Of a DNA stretch of 64,000 bases, positions 63,405 through 64,000 are shown one piece after another. The stretch is from Oikopleura dioica. Its lineage: Eukaryota > Animalia > Chordata. The stretch's first letter is position 1; the number at the start of each line of letters is the position of its first letter. The notes below the pieces were generated by a model. That model had not been told where the DNA came from. It ran no database searches and saw only the letters and a program-made list of their open reading frames with translations. The DNA is taken from positions 2,418,001 through 2,482,000 of the forward strand of contig OU015568.1 of assembly GCA_907165135.1 (NCBI GenBank), written 5' to 3'. The translations under genes and the position numbers were made by a program.

Positions 63405-64000
63405 TCAGTAATCATCAAAACTAGCGCTTCTAGCCTTCAAAACGTCAAGTGCTGGCTTCGGCGACTCGCGTCCAAATCTTTCCGTCCTGTAGCATCGAGA
63501 AATGAAAGGGTATTCATCAAGAACTGATTGATCTTCTTCCCAGCAGCATCCCATTGAAAGACATTCTTCCCTAAAAATATGATTGAAGAACTAAATGATA
63601 TGATTTAAATACCTGTTTGGCTCCTCGAGAGGGCTTCTTCGCTGAGCAGTTGCATACAGTAAGCTGTCAACGCGAAGATTGCAGCTAAGGCGGGACTCGT
63701 AAAAATCCTTTATTCGGTAAGGATTGTCATTGCTTTTGATAGGTTGAAAATTATAAGAACCATAAGCGCAAAAAAAATATTTTGTAAACATATTTAAAAG
63801 ACCTTTTTTTGATGAAGAAGTATTACTACATATAACATCGATGTTCTCCGATAACCAGACGTTAGAGCATAATTTCAACCCGTATTCAATCTCCCGCAAA
63901 CGCCCGAATCGGCCCAAGCATATCTTGATAGTCCGTTTCAACAGTTGATCCGTCCATATCTCCGATTCTCGTCGCTTCCTCAGCTCTCGAAAGTGGCAGA
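63405..64000 (-). CDS. 3' part of an uncharacterised gene with a trefoil-like cysteine motif (runs off the window)
   Basis: Spliceable minus-strand segments give ...PLEEPNR|EECLSMGCCWEED...SRCY, which resembles the P-type/trefoil EEC-x3-GCCW motif. The model is tentative. Confidence 0.35.

Overview
Compact eukaryotic genomic DNA with short introns and no prokaryotic features. The gene density, tiny introns, GC-AG and probable GA-AG donors and the Ty3/gypsy element suggest the larvacean tunicate Oikopleura; this is an inference. The window holds a complete 5,417-bp Ty3/gypsy LTR retrotransposon (6819-12235) with identical 193-bp LTRs, a GTAT target-site duplication, a CCCH zinc finger in Gag and a slippery-site-plus-hairpin gag/pol junction. 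It appears to have inserted into a minus-strand coding exon. Genes are: an UNC5-type Ig-Ig-TSP1 receptor lacking the ZU5/UPA/death-domain tail; a multipass membrane protein; a run of apparently secreted proteins (mucin/TSP1, EF-hand, mini-TSP1, intronless 2OG-Fe(II) oxygenase); a BTB-BACK-Kelch gene; a GT31 glycosyltransferase; a SETD4-like methyltransferase with a tRNA-Glu(CTC) in an intron; and a full DNAH12-like axonemal dynein heavy chain with one 8.3-kb exon. Several non-autonomous DNA transposons have clear TIRs and TSDs (hAT-, Tc1/mariner- and Kolobok-like). The most striking observation is a 551-bp hAT-type MITE with an 8-bp TSD inside a coding exon of the Kelch gene. It supplies a consensus GT donor that, paired with an AG in the duplicated target site, would restore the reading frame, making it a candidate transposon-generated intron. 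All gene models were traced by hand and need RNA-seq confirmation.
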